This document shows positions 41,201 through 51,000 of a stretch of 64,000 bases of DNA, one piece after another. A model generated the notes under the pieces. That model saw only the letters and a program-made list of their open reading frames with translations, made no database searches and was not told the DNA's origin. The translations under genes were made by a program, and so were the position numbers. Source of the stretch: a virus; the IMG/VR virus record IMGVR_UViG_3300022689_000474, positions 64,001 to 128,000 of that record. The stretch is one strand, 5' to 3'. How positions within the stretch are numbered: position 1 is the first letter of the stretch; every line of letters starts with the position of its first letter.

Positions 41201-42169
41201 GCAGATAGGAACCCAAATCAAATATCATTTTTCTTAAAGACATGGGATTTAAATAAAAATAGAAGTGCTAGTAGAGAGTCTTGTGAATCAGATTATATAG
41301 ATGATAGAGCTAGAGCTGAACTTGAATATGAAGGTATAAGACAGAAATCGGATACAGGTTTATTTATGGAATCTTCTTTAGAAATTGCTAGTGTAGGAGG
41401 TTCTATTATAGATACTGAGGAAACTGATGTCGAAATGAATGGAAGGAAGTATGTAGGTATAAATGTAAGAAGGTTAGAGAAGAATAAAAGTTGTCCTAGT
41501 TTCATTCATATAGACTTATCTTTAAAGACAGATTCAACAGGTCTTTGTATGACACATATAGATATAGATGATAATGAGAATTGGAATATAGTAGTTGATG
41601 CTCTTATTAAATGGACCCCTTATGTAGATGGTACTGGTTATAGAAAAGTAGTTTCATATCTAAATGTAGAAGAAGTTATTCTTAAATTATGTGAATATAG
41701 AAATGTAGTTAGAATTACTTTTGATTCATGGAATAGTGCTTCTACTATACAGAGATTACATTCTTTAGGTATTATGACTGAAGAAATATCTGCTTCTAGA
41801 AGTAAACAAAAAGAATACTATTTATTAATACGAGATCTAGTAAACCAAGGTAAAGTCTTAATACCTAAAGATTCTAAATACAGGATTCAACTTATAAGTG
41901 AATTAGTTCATCTTAATATGAAAGAAAATGGGAGTATCGTACATGGTCTTTATGGTAAAGATCTTAGTGATGCTTTTGTTAATAGTTGTTATCAAATATA
42001 TAAAAGAATGGTAGAAAGTGGTCTTATTCAGGGTTATAAACCTAGTATTAATTCTCTACCTTCTAATCTTGTTAATGCTGTTACGCCCCGTTCTAAAGAA
42101 ATGACTAAACCTGTAGTTCAAAGTGGTAGAGATAAATTTAAAAAGATGAAATCATATGGCATTATATAG
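38285..42169 (+). CDS. terL: Terminase large subunit with two inteins (593 aa after splicing)
   Basis: Reconstituted Walker A GRGG|SKS, Walker B CMILDE, motif III AISS, and RNase-H-like nuclease motifs HIDLS..D, TFDSWNS and KDLSDA. Confidence 0.92.
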   Translation: MTFLNTQNLVGLDNYFDLLISEASTSLNAVSDLSIIDFAENIVFNGEAYLYTQQKAVLKSFYGEPLTPEEEDILINWKNREKSNWVPNRTYRDMILEVGRGGCPYIEDKVITNKGTLKYKDLIDNKSSIFTFLEKDNTIGLTSNILTWDKGLCECVQITTKTGRKEIVTLDHPYLISLGDPNSYKWLRAQYLTRENKLYLPIGLKLFGSDDSLDESFILDIVRDISNISSSIIETIELSTEYLHSLSLSYILSYLPFQLDYLLTVKKESLYLKSEVLPGDILDFLQRELSKWGVICICDYKSNIFIIKDLNSFINLLELLRSHKDKDHKINNLFNLLEFNISQGKCYDNIPRYKYGEIEYFLDEVYSVIKVGKLQTLGLEVVKSNTIVNSFISHNSKSLIASIISLYEFNNLISLEDPARYYNLISNDPIAIFLIATTATQVKETLFLKLKGYLRGSDFFRNLENKKKIEVLADQVRCPDKNVAIYAKHTNSDALVGYNLKCMILDEVARFSNKTREDGKIVSLADTLWRNVGKGCFHMNSYIYTNKGFIKAIDLLNIYQSVDYLNDIKILSYSNDSFKYLIWADDIDIWNNGIHPTIELITENGYNERVTYNHPFFIYRQGDVEPSWIEAEFINEGDYISLPKSLLPSDRSINYLEEEYTNFFEFLAYIFSFGTWFVNHGRIQDHAIEIRRTVHKEIIQVIQDLLKDIEGYRFHNNKDSTSGSKYRIFFDKKSKGYQLLKELTDRGYLINSYRSFYNDIPEFIDTLPLAELKSFLKGYYTSNCTFFDLLNPSGITIKLPQETESAARRIQRCLLLFGVISSIKIEPVRINKDKFIFNANVVCIKGVYNISLFLQSIGLSTSDFVTMKKRIDRYISLDKDKDKDKYSLPLNIEQCIDNSNKIDSINNLRWERVSNIINHPKTITIGLEVRESGLICNSILSHNTQRFAEEGRRVAISSGWYEGDPIQKLREKADRNPNQISFFLKTWDLNKNRSASRESCESDYIDDRARAELEYEGIRQKSDTGLFMESSLEIASVGGSIIDTEETDVEMNGRKYVGINVRRLEKNKSCPSFIHIDLSLKTDSTGLCMTHIDIDDNENWNIVVDALIKWTPYVDGTGYRKVVSYLNVEEVILKLCEYRNVVRITFDSWNSASTIQRLHSLGIMTEEISASRSKQKEYYLLIRDLVNQGKVLIPKDSKYRIQLISELVHLNMKENGSIVHGLYGKDLSDAFVNSCYQIYKRMVESGLIQGYKPSINSLPSNLVNAVTPRSKEMTKPVVQSGRDKFKKMKSYGII
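38591..39469 (+). mobile_element. Intein 1 (293 aa) inside the terminase Walker A; endonuclease domain degenerate
   Basis: Begins with C (CPYIEDKVITNKG), block B VTLDHP, ends ISHN followed by Ser. Confidence 0.92.
39890..41113 (+). mobile_element. Intein 2 (408 aa) with a degenerate LAGLIDADG domain
   Basis: Begins CFHMNSYIYTNKG, block B VTYNHP, LAGLIDADG-like FLAYIFSFG and FLKGYYTSNC, ends LSHN followed by Thr. Confidence 0.92.
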
Positions 42170-43127
42170 ATATAAAACTTCCATAAATACTTTTCATAAA
42201 CCCTTTTATGGTATATATACAGATTCTTTTATACATATAGATAGTAGGGCTTCTCAACCTTATCATAAGTATTTGATGCCTTGTTATAATTATGATTGGT
42301 GTTGTAGATATACTGATGACGATAATCTATTAGTTCCTATTTGTATAGATCTTTCTTTATATTCTGATACTGATAAACAATGGTTTGAACCTAACAGTTT
42401 TACTGAACTTAAGGATCTAAATATTCCTAAAATGACTAGTCCTAGATTCTATATCACAGTAATAAAACCTTCTAGAGATAATACTAAAGGTTCTACTGGT
42501 TATATACAAGAATATATCTTAATACCTCATAAAGGTATATTTAAAGATAAATTGAGATTATGGCTTTCTACTTCAAAAGGATATGATATTGAAAGTTGTT
42601 ATTTAATTCGCTATTGGTCAATTCATAAAGCTTTTTATCCACAAGATTATAAGAAATATTGTGAGAGAGTATGTATAGATACTTATAGAGAAATAGAAGA
42701 TACTGGGTCTAAAAGGTTATTAAAAGAAGAAAGATGGAATGTTAAACCAAATTATTCATGTGATCCTTGTAAATCTCATAATGATTTCTTAATAGATATG
42801 AAGAGAAAAGATGAAGATAGTCAAGATAGAAATCATAATGTTGATTATATTACTCATGAATTAGTATATAAAGTAATGGATATTAAAGAGTTAAATATAA
42901 ATGGGAAAGTAGTAGATCCTAATGATTATCAATTGGTTATTGAATATTCAAATAATGAGGTCTCTCCTTATAATAATGATAATATACCTATTGGTATTGG
43001 AGTTAAATGGTTAAATAACCTTCCTCCTTTAGGTACTCAATACTCTATTAGATGTTCAATGCCTATAGATATATGTAAGTTGATATATACTCCAACTAGA
43101 AAAGAAAATTATTTAATTAATATATAA
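42156..43127 (+). CDS. Hypothetical, possibly virion (neck/head-associated) protein
   Basis: C-terminal DYQL...VKWLNNLPPLGTQYSIR resembles DFIL...IRWISSNRPNLNSIYYVSY in the DUF4815 protein. Confidence 0.55.
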   Translation: MALYRYKTSINTFHKPFYGIYTDSFIHIDSRASQPYHKYLMPCYNYDWCCRYTDDDNLLVPICIDLSLYSDTDKQWFEPNSFTELKDLNIPKMTSPRFYITVIKPSRDNTKGSTGYIQEYILIPHKGIFKDKLRLWLSTSKGYDIESCYLIRYWSIHKAFYPQDYKKYCERVCIDTYREIEDTGSKRLLKEERWNVKPNYSCDPCKSHNDFLIDMKRKDEDSQDRNHNVDYITHELVYKVMDIKELNINGKVVDPNDYQLVIEYSNNEVSPYNNDNIPIGIGVKWLNNLPPLGTQYSIRCSMPIDICKLIYTPTRKENYLINI

Positions 43128-43138
43128 ATTTAATTATC

Positions 43139-43723
43139 ATGCCTAAATTAATACCTCCTTGTCCTATAGATTATTCTTTTAGCCCTGGTAGGAAATATAA
43201 TCTCATTGATCCTGAAGATGTAACTGAAACTCCTATATTAGAAGCTAGAGGTTTAGTTATATTCTCTGATTATAAATTTATTCTAAAAGATGCTATAGCT
43301 GATGAATCTTTATTCTATAAATATATAACTCTTAATGATGGTCAAGTTTTAGGTATGTGGCAAGATGTTATAACTCCTCTTCCATTAGAAATTAAGTTTG
43401 ATGTTAAATATTATCATGATATTTATGTAGATATAAATACTTTCCCTAAATATGATTCGGGTTTTTATGTTTTAGATGGTGTTTTTATTACTAAAGTATA
43501 TATAGAACCTCATTGTTGTGATGGTAAAGTATATATAAGACATGCAAGAGGAGTTTATAATTGTATTAGACATGAAGGAATAGAAATAATAGAACCTTCA
43601 TTTCCAGAATGTACTAAACCATTAATTATGTATGATCCTATAGATCCTCCAGATATACAACCTCCTGAGACTGAACCTCATTTTCCTGAATGTATTCCCG
43701 ATTCACCTGAATTAGTTCCTTAG
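43139..43723 (+). CDS. Hypothetical Pro/Cys-rich protein
   Basis: 194 aa; FPEC occurs twice near the C-terminus. Its stop overlaps the convergent gene's stop. Confidence 0.75.
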   Translation: MPKLIPPCPIDYSFSPGRKYNLIDPEDVTETPILEARGLVIFSDYKFILKDAIADESLFYKYITLNDGQVLGMWQDVITPLPLEIKFDVKYYHDIYVDINTFPKYDSGFYVLDGVFITKVYIEPHCCDGKVYIRHARGVYNCIRHEGIEIIEPSFPECTKPLIMYDPIDPPDIQPPETEPHFPECIPDSPELVP

Positions 43724-44280
43724 ATTCTCTTCTTATTTTCCTCTTGACCCCTTATATTTATCCAATTGATAGCTTGAATCTGATGTGATAATAAATCTCT
43801 TATATTCTTAGATACTTCATAATATTCTGATTCAACTCTTTTATAAATAACAGGGGTTAATTTATTAATTCTTAATCCTTTACATATCCAAGTATCTATA
43901 GTTACTAATGTACTCCTTTCAGGGTATAAAATGTTTAAATAAAAAGCTTTTACTTTATTTCCACTTATTATTCTTATATCTTTATTTCTTAATAACTTTA
44001 AAGCTTTATATTTATTTCTATTATAAGTACATATCTTATATCTATCTATATCCTTCTCCCTATATCCCTTTATTAGATTTAATGTATCTATCTTATTTCT
44101 TTCCCATCGATTCCTAGGACTTAATATTGCTAATACTCCTACTACTATATCTAACTTTATTTTTGTCCTTTTAGATATCTCTACACAATAATCTCTAGCT
44201 TCTCTATACCATCCTTTTCCTTCTTCTATCATTGAAGGAGAAGCTGATTCTAATAACTCTATAATACTTTCTCTATACAC
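43720..44280 (-). CDS. Conserved phage protein with a putative HhH / DNA-glycosylase-like fold (DUF7178-like)
   Basis: GKGWYREA, VLAILSPRNRWERN, GNKVKAFYLNI, VTIDTW and QAINW. GTG start with an AGAGGA Shine-Dalgarno. Confidence 0.55.
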   Translation of the reverse strand: MYRESIIELLESASPSMIEEGKGWYREARDYCVEISKRTKIKLDIVVGVLAILSPRNRWERNKIDTLNLIKGYREKDIDRYKICTYNRNKYKALKLLRNKDIRIISGNKVKAFYLNILYPERSTLVTIDTWICKGLRINKLTPVIYKRVESEYYEVSKNIRDLLSHQIQAINWINIRGQEENKKRI

Positions 44281-44296
44281 TTTATTCTTTTTCCTC

Positions 44297-44308
44297 TATT
44301 TATAAATA
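44297..44308. promoter_or_regulatory. Palindromic TATTTATAAATA (TATAAATA on both strands)
   Basis: Intergenic, about 17 nt upstream of the minus-strand start at 44280. Confidence 0.3.
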
Positions 44309-44358
44309 TCTAAAAGTGTATTATTTAAAAAGTAGATATTTCTATATCTCTATATAAC

Positions 44359-44979
44359 TTAATTAAGTATTTTTCTTATATAACTTCTTCTATGTTGTTG
44401 ATGTGGACCGTAAGATTGAAGAGCCATTCGATGTTTATAAGTACCATAACCCTTATTACATTTAAGATCATATTTGTTTAAGTCTTCATCTTTATTAACC
44501 ATATCAATTATTAAATTATCTCTATATGTTTTAGCTAAAATACTAGCTGCTCCTATTATTGGTTCTTTTAAATCTCCTTTTATAATACATTCATAATTGA
44601 ATGTATTCAGAGATAAACTAAAAGAATTGATACCATCTAGATATATCTTCTCTATATTACTTAGTTCAGAAGTAAAGTCTTCTTTCAGTTTTATCATTCC
44701 TCTATAAATTCCATTGAATTGAGCTTGATAAATACCTTTAGAATCTATTTCATCTTTAGTAACGTGTACAAAAAAATAATCATCTAATAACTCAATTATC
44801 TCAGGGTATAACTTCTCTCTTTTCTTACTACTTATTTTTTTACTATCAGTTACTCCTATATCTATCATTTCTTTATCTATTAAACTTTTCTCTTTTGATG
44901 ATAGTGCAAAACATAAAACCATATCATAAAATAAACTTCCTTTACCTACTTCATCTATACCTACAATATATCTCTTCAT
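44359..44979 (-). CDS. rnhB: Ribonuclease HII
   Basis: GIDEVGKG, DSKK, LDG, IKGD...IGAASILAK..RD, NKGYGT..H and HRRSY. Confidence 0.96.
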   Translation of the reverse strand: MKRYIVGIDEVGKGSLFYDMVLCFALSSKEKSLIDKEMIDIGVTDSKKISSKKREKLYPEIIELLDDYFFVHVTKDEIDSKGIYQAQFNGIYRGMIKLKEDFTSELSNIEKIYLDGINSFSLSLNTFNYECIIKGDLKEPIIGAASILAKTYRDNLIIDMVNKDEDLNKYDLKCNKGYGTYKHRMALQSYGPHQQHRRSYIRKILN

Positions 44980-45004
44980 TACATTAATATCTTATTGACT
45001 TAAT

Positions 45005-48000
45005 ATGTACTTTTCTAATATATCAAATAAGAATCAATTATTCTCTCGTAGTACTTTATTTAACTCTTCTATGACTTCTGAGTTGAATAAAAAGTTCTCT
45101 TTTGATATTTATAATAATAAAAGTAATTATATTCCATCTGATTATATTAATAATTTAAGTACAGATATAGATCCTATAAATAGTCTTATAAATGAATCTT
45201 CTCTTCAATCTAGACTCTCTGGTAATACTAATCAATATTCTATACCTCCATCTAGAAAGTTATTAAATACTTCTTTTAGTCTTCCTCTTGAGAATAGAGC
45301 CCCTTATTTAGGTGGTATATCTTCTAGTCTATATAACTCTTTAACTCAATCAAATTTAGGTAATATTGATACTTCTAATATTACTCTTACACCTTCTAAT
45401 TATTCTTATGTTAAGTCTAATGTTGATTCTATAGATACTTCTAATATCGGTTTTAATAACTCATCAAAATATTCTTTCATAAAGTCAGATACATCTTCCA
45501 TAGATACTTCTGGTATTAGTTTTAATACCCCTTCTAAACCTCATTCCTCTTCTATTAATGAGGCTATTAGATCTAATATTTCAGGAAGTTCTATAGTTAT
45601 TCCCTCAAGTACTTATTTAGATCCTGTCTCTAGAAATCAAGCTTATAGAGATACACTTAAACCTCAAAGTGGTTATATTGATAGTACAACTAAAGGTTTT
45701 AATCAACATTTTAGAGATTTAATGAAGCCGAAGTATGTAGCTTTAAGAGAAGAAAGTATTCGGGAATATGTTGATACTATCAAACCACAAAGTGGTTATA
45801 TGGAAGATGTAAGTAAAGATATACATTTAAGATATAAAGATAATAGTAAAAGGGGTATCTCAAGTATCAATAATAAAGACTTTTTAGAATATTTACCTTC
45901 TGAGGATATTAATTTTAGGAGTGCTAATAATCTAGAAGGGGTTAAAGAATATAATCAATTAAATTTCAAATCTAAAACTAAAACTTCTGTCTCTTCATTA
46001 GCAAAGAAAGTTGAATTAACTCAAGCAGGTTTGGATAATTATCAAAGAGTCATTCAGTTAGTATTCGACTTTGAGAATAGAAGTACAGAAGGAGTCAGAC
46101 TTCCTCAATTAGCTTCTATGAGGGAAAAAAGATATGAAATGTTGGGGGCTGGTGCTTTATACGACCCAAGAAAGAATGTAGTTGCAGTAGATGACTCTAT
46201 TATAGGGCAATTAAATAGAGGTAAACTTACAAAAGAATCTTTCGGCACTTTAGCTCATGAATTAGCACATTCTTATCAGAACCACTTTGGTAATACATGG
46301 AAAAAACAAAGAGCCTTTGAGAATAGAGTTTATTCTGCTGATATAGATGAAGTTAAACCAGGTAATTTAATTCAAGATAAATATACCAAAAGGGTAGTAA
46401 AGAGATCATTAGAATCTATAGCTCTGACTAAACAAAATATGCCGGAAGGTCTTACAAAAGAAAGAAGAGAAAGTGCTATCAGAAGATCTACTGCTAATGA
46501 GTTAGATGCATATTCATTAGAGGATAGAATTACTCGGAGTGTTGATGTAGACCGAATATTTGATCCTGATTATAAACTTACTAAAGTTGGTTATCGTACT
46601 GAAGATACTATTAGAAAAGTAAGAGCTACAAGAGAATTTAATAAAAAATTACTTACAGGTACTATAGGTACAACAGCAGTAGTAGGTTTAGGTGCTATTG
46701 CTTATTCATTATTTAGAAATAGAGAGGAGTCAAAATCTGAAGAGAGTAATAATGATAAATTAGTGTTAGGAAGTATTGTAGGGTCTTCTTTCTTATTAGG
46801 AAGTATTAGACAGACTACATTTGGCCCTTATAAAACTTCAGAACATTTAGGAGAATCTTCAATTGCTCAAAGAAATTTAAAGAAAGCTACTAAAAAGGTA
46901 TTTGATTATCTAGGGGTAGACTTTGATCTTTCTCAAACTCCTACAATTGCTGCTTTTGGACCTGATATTCCAAAAGGATTAGGAGGTGCTTATGTAGCAA
47001 AGTATAATGAATTGGTATTAAATCAAGAAATATATGGTGAACTAGTAAGTGGAAAAATCTCTAGAAATTCATTCTCCCTGTTGGCTCATGAATTAGTTCA
47101 TGCTTATCAAGCTAATGTAGGTGGTAATATTCAGAAAAAACTTCTTTCTGATGAAGAAGTAAATCTATTACCTAAAAAAATTCTTGATATGGCAAAGAAG
47201 TCTGCAGCAGTTCAACCGTATGAATCTAAAGAATATTGGGAATCTTTTAGAAAAGAAGTAGAAGCTTATGACGTTCAATTTCAAATATTAGCCAAAAAAA
47301 AGAAATATATAAGTCCTAAATATAGGCAGACACGAATTAATCCCGTTTCTACATCTATTGATCAACCTACTTCTCCTAAACCACCCTTTCAGCCCTCTTT
47401 ACCTCCTACTAAGCCTAAGCCCCAATTACTTCTACCTCCGGCCAAGTCTATTAGTCCTAGATCTGTTAATCAATCTATTCTACCACCCGGATTAACCGTC
47501 CCATCTCCTATTTCTCCTTACCCTAGTCCTCCTGGTAAGTCTAAGCCCCAATTGCTTCTCCCTCCTGCTAAGCCTATTAGTCCTAGATCTATTAGTCAAT
47601 CCATTTTACCCCCCGGATTAACTATTCCATCTCCTATTTCTCCTTCACCCAGTCCCTCTCCTAAGTCTAAGCCCCAATTACTTCTACCTCCTGCTAAAGT
47701 TATAAGTCCTAGACCTGTTAGTCAATCTCTTCTACCCCCCGGATTAACGGTTCCATCTCCCATTTCTCCTCCCCCTAGTCCTTCCTCTAGTAGGTTGGGG
47801 AGTCAGTTACTTTTACCTCCTGCTAAAGCTATAAGTCCTAGACCTGTTAGTCAGTCCATTATACCTCCGGGACTAACTATCTCCTCTCCTATTTCTCCTG
47901 AAATTAGTTCTTCTCCAAGCCCCCCTTTTAGTCCAAGACTTAATAATCAACCACTCTTACCTCCTGGGAAATCACTAGAAGAGGTAAATATGATAAAAGG

Positions 48001-51000
48001 TATTGGTCTTAAGAACATTATTCAGGGACAAAATCTTAGATCTTTAAGAAATACTTCTTTAGGAGCTATTGGGATAGGAATAGGTTTGGCTATAGGTATA
48101 AATCAATTTATTTATTCATCAAATAGAGAAATAAGTTCTAGAGAATTTAAAGAGATAGACGATTCCCTTGATAGAAGGATGAGAAGTGTTCGGATTAATA
48201 GAGAGCAAGAAAGAATGGAAATAGAGGCTGAAGAAAGGGTAAATAAAATGATTGAAAATAGTATTACAGAAGAGGATAAAAGATTTATAGAAGAGCATTC
48301 TAACCAACTAAAAGAAAGACTACAATCATTAAATAGTGCTAGAGTCTCACAAGACAATACAGTCAACAGTACGTCTAGTAGTTCTAATGAACTTCCTTCA
48401 ATTCTTCCAGAAAGAACAATATTTGGGAGTATTTCACCACCATTAGTTTTATCTAATGAAATTGATCTATTAAATGAACCTTTAGACTCAAGGACTCAAA
48501 CTAAAGTTGCTTCTGGATCTCAACAGTATGTTCAAAGACAAGAAGCATTAGCTCGAGGAGAGTTGTATACAGATGAAGGTGCATCTATTTCTATCGGGAA
48601 ATGGACTCGTGAACCTATGACTAATAGATCTAATGAAGAATGGAAATCTCTTTTAAAGAAAGAATCAGACTTTGTTAGGTCATTAAATAGAGATGATCAA
48701 ATAAATGTATTATTGGGTGATAGTCTAACTCAATGGTTTAGACCGTATCAACTTCCTCAAAAAGAAGATACAACTTGGTTAAATCAAGGAATATCCGGTC
48801 AAAATATACAACAGATTGATCAAAGGATTGATATCCTTAAATCAATGAAAGGAGATAAAGTATTCATAATGGCCGGTATTAATGATTTAAGACAAGGAAG
48901 ATCTGATAAAGAAATACTAGAAAGATACTCTTCTATGCTTGATAATGTCAAGAAGAGTGATGTTGCTGATGAAGTTGTAGTACAATCTATACTTCCCACA
49001 AGATTAGATAATTTACCTACTAATAGGATTAAGTCACTTAACTCTCAAATTAAAGCTATGGCGGAGAAGAGAGGAATGACTTATATTGATCTCCTCCCCC
49101 ATTTCTTAAATGAAGAAGGTCGGTTAAAAAAAGAATATACTACTGATGGTATACATCTTTCTAGAAAAGGATATGACACTTGGTCTAAATTAATGTCTCA
49201 ACATCTAAATGGAAAGGGAGAAGAACAAGATATTAATATTTTGGGGAATCAAGAGAAATTAGAAAGGAACACTAATCAGGCTGGAGAAAGTATTATACCT
49301 CCATCTAGTTCAGTAGCTAGACAGGCAGCTAAAAATAATAAAGATAAAGAACAGACTCTTTCTTCAAGTGCTGGAGGTGGTGGTAGTAAACCACCTGGTA
49401 CTCCTAGAACTTCTACTCCTCCTCCTCCTGAAGAACCTGATCCTCGAAAGAAAGCAGGACTATATACTAATATGGATGATCAGGAAAAGAAAAGTTGGGT
49501 GGATAGATTAAAGTCTGCTGTAGGGTTTATGAGAGATGAAAAAGTTGAAGATGTTATTAAAGTAGTAGGTGTTACTGCTGGTATTACTGCTGGTATGTTA
49601 GGTACTATTAAAGGTGTAGAGGTTCTATTCTCTAATGTGAATAGAATCTTTAGTTCTTTGAGAAGTTCTATAGCTCTCTCTACTTCATCTAGTTCCTCCC
49701 CTGGTCAATCAGTTACTTCCCCTCAGCCTACCTCTTCTACTAGAACTCCAGGTCAACCAGCTGTCCCATCCCAATCCTCTTCTCCTACTACACCTGTATC
49801 TCAATCTACCCCTTCTACTAGAACTCCAGGTCAACCAACTGTCCCCTCCCAACCCACTTCTCCTACTACACCTAGGGCTCCAGGTCAACCAGCTGTCCCA
49901 TCCCAATCCTCTTCTCCTACTACAACTGCATCTCAATCTACCCCTTCTACTAGAACTCCCGGTCAACTAGTTATCCCATCTCAACCTTCTTCTCCTACTA
50001 GGGCTCCAGGTCAACCAGTTAGTCCACCTCAACCAAGAGGGCCTGCCCCTTCTTCTTCAGTAGGGAGTAACTTACCAAATAGATCTATAAGTAGTGGACC
50101 GCCTTCATCTCCATTATCAAGTACTCCTTCAGTAAGAACTAGAGGTAAAGGAGGTATGGGATTTATGTTAGGTGCAGGTCTTGTATCTTTAGGAGTAATG
50201 GGAGTTATTGGAGGAATAGCTGGTTATATGGTCTTTTCTCCTAGTGAAGATAGAACATCAGGAGAAAGGAGAGATGATTTCTATTCCAGTCCAGAAGTAG
50301 AACAAAGTAGAAAAGAAAGAGAAATAAGAGAAAGACAGTTAATAGAACAAGAGAAAAGAATTACGGGGAGACCAGATAGAAGTATAGATAGAGATACTAG
50401 TTTATTATTAAGGAATAGTAGAGAAAATAGGGACGGAAGTTCTGTAAGAAGGCAATTATCTTATAGAGAATATATGGCATTACAGACGGGAAGAAGTGAA
50501 GAACATTCATTACAACCTGAAATTAGTAGACCTTCTTCTTTATCTTTAGATGAACATTTAGCTATACAAAACCAAGGCCAAATCCGTAGAAGAGTTAGTA
50601 GAGATATAGATCAATCTAGAGGTATTAGAGCATCTGATTTATCATTTGAAGAGTTTTTAGAGATACAATCTGAAAGACCAGAGATAGAAAGAAGAAGAGA
50701 ACGTATAAATAGGGGGGATAGTAGATCTAGAACTCTATCATTAGGAGAATATCTATCTATGGGTGAAGAAAGAAGAGTATCTATAGGGAGTGATGATAAT
50801 AGATCTAGAGCTAGATATCTAGCCATCATGGAAAGTAGTGAATCTTCTATAGATGATAGGTATAGAAGAGCTAATAGATTAATAATAAATAGACCTGATA
50901 GGGAGTTAACGACTCCACTATTACCTCAAGGAAGTCATGAACCCCGTCCAGAAAAACACATTGACATGAGTTATGACGAGGAATATTTAGGAATATGGGA

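Noticed and set aside
21875-50040. Tandem repeats as a CRISPR array or DGR template/variable repeats
   Set aside because: All are in-frame coding repeats with no unique spacers. No adenine-specific mismatch pattern was evident and there is no reverse transcriptase in the window.
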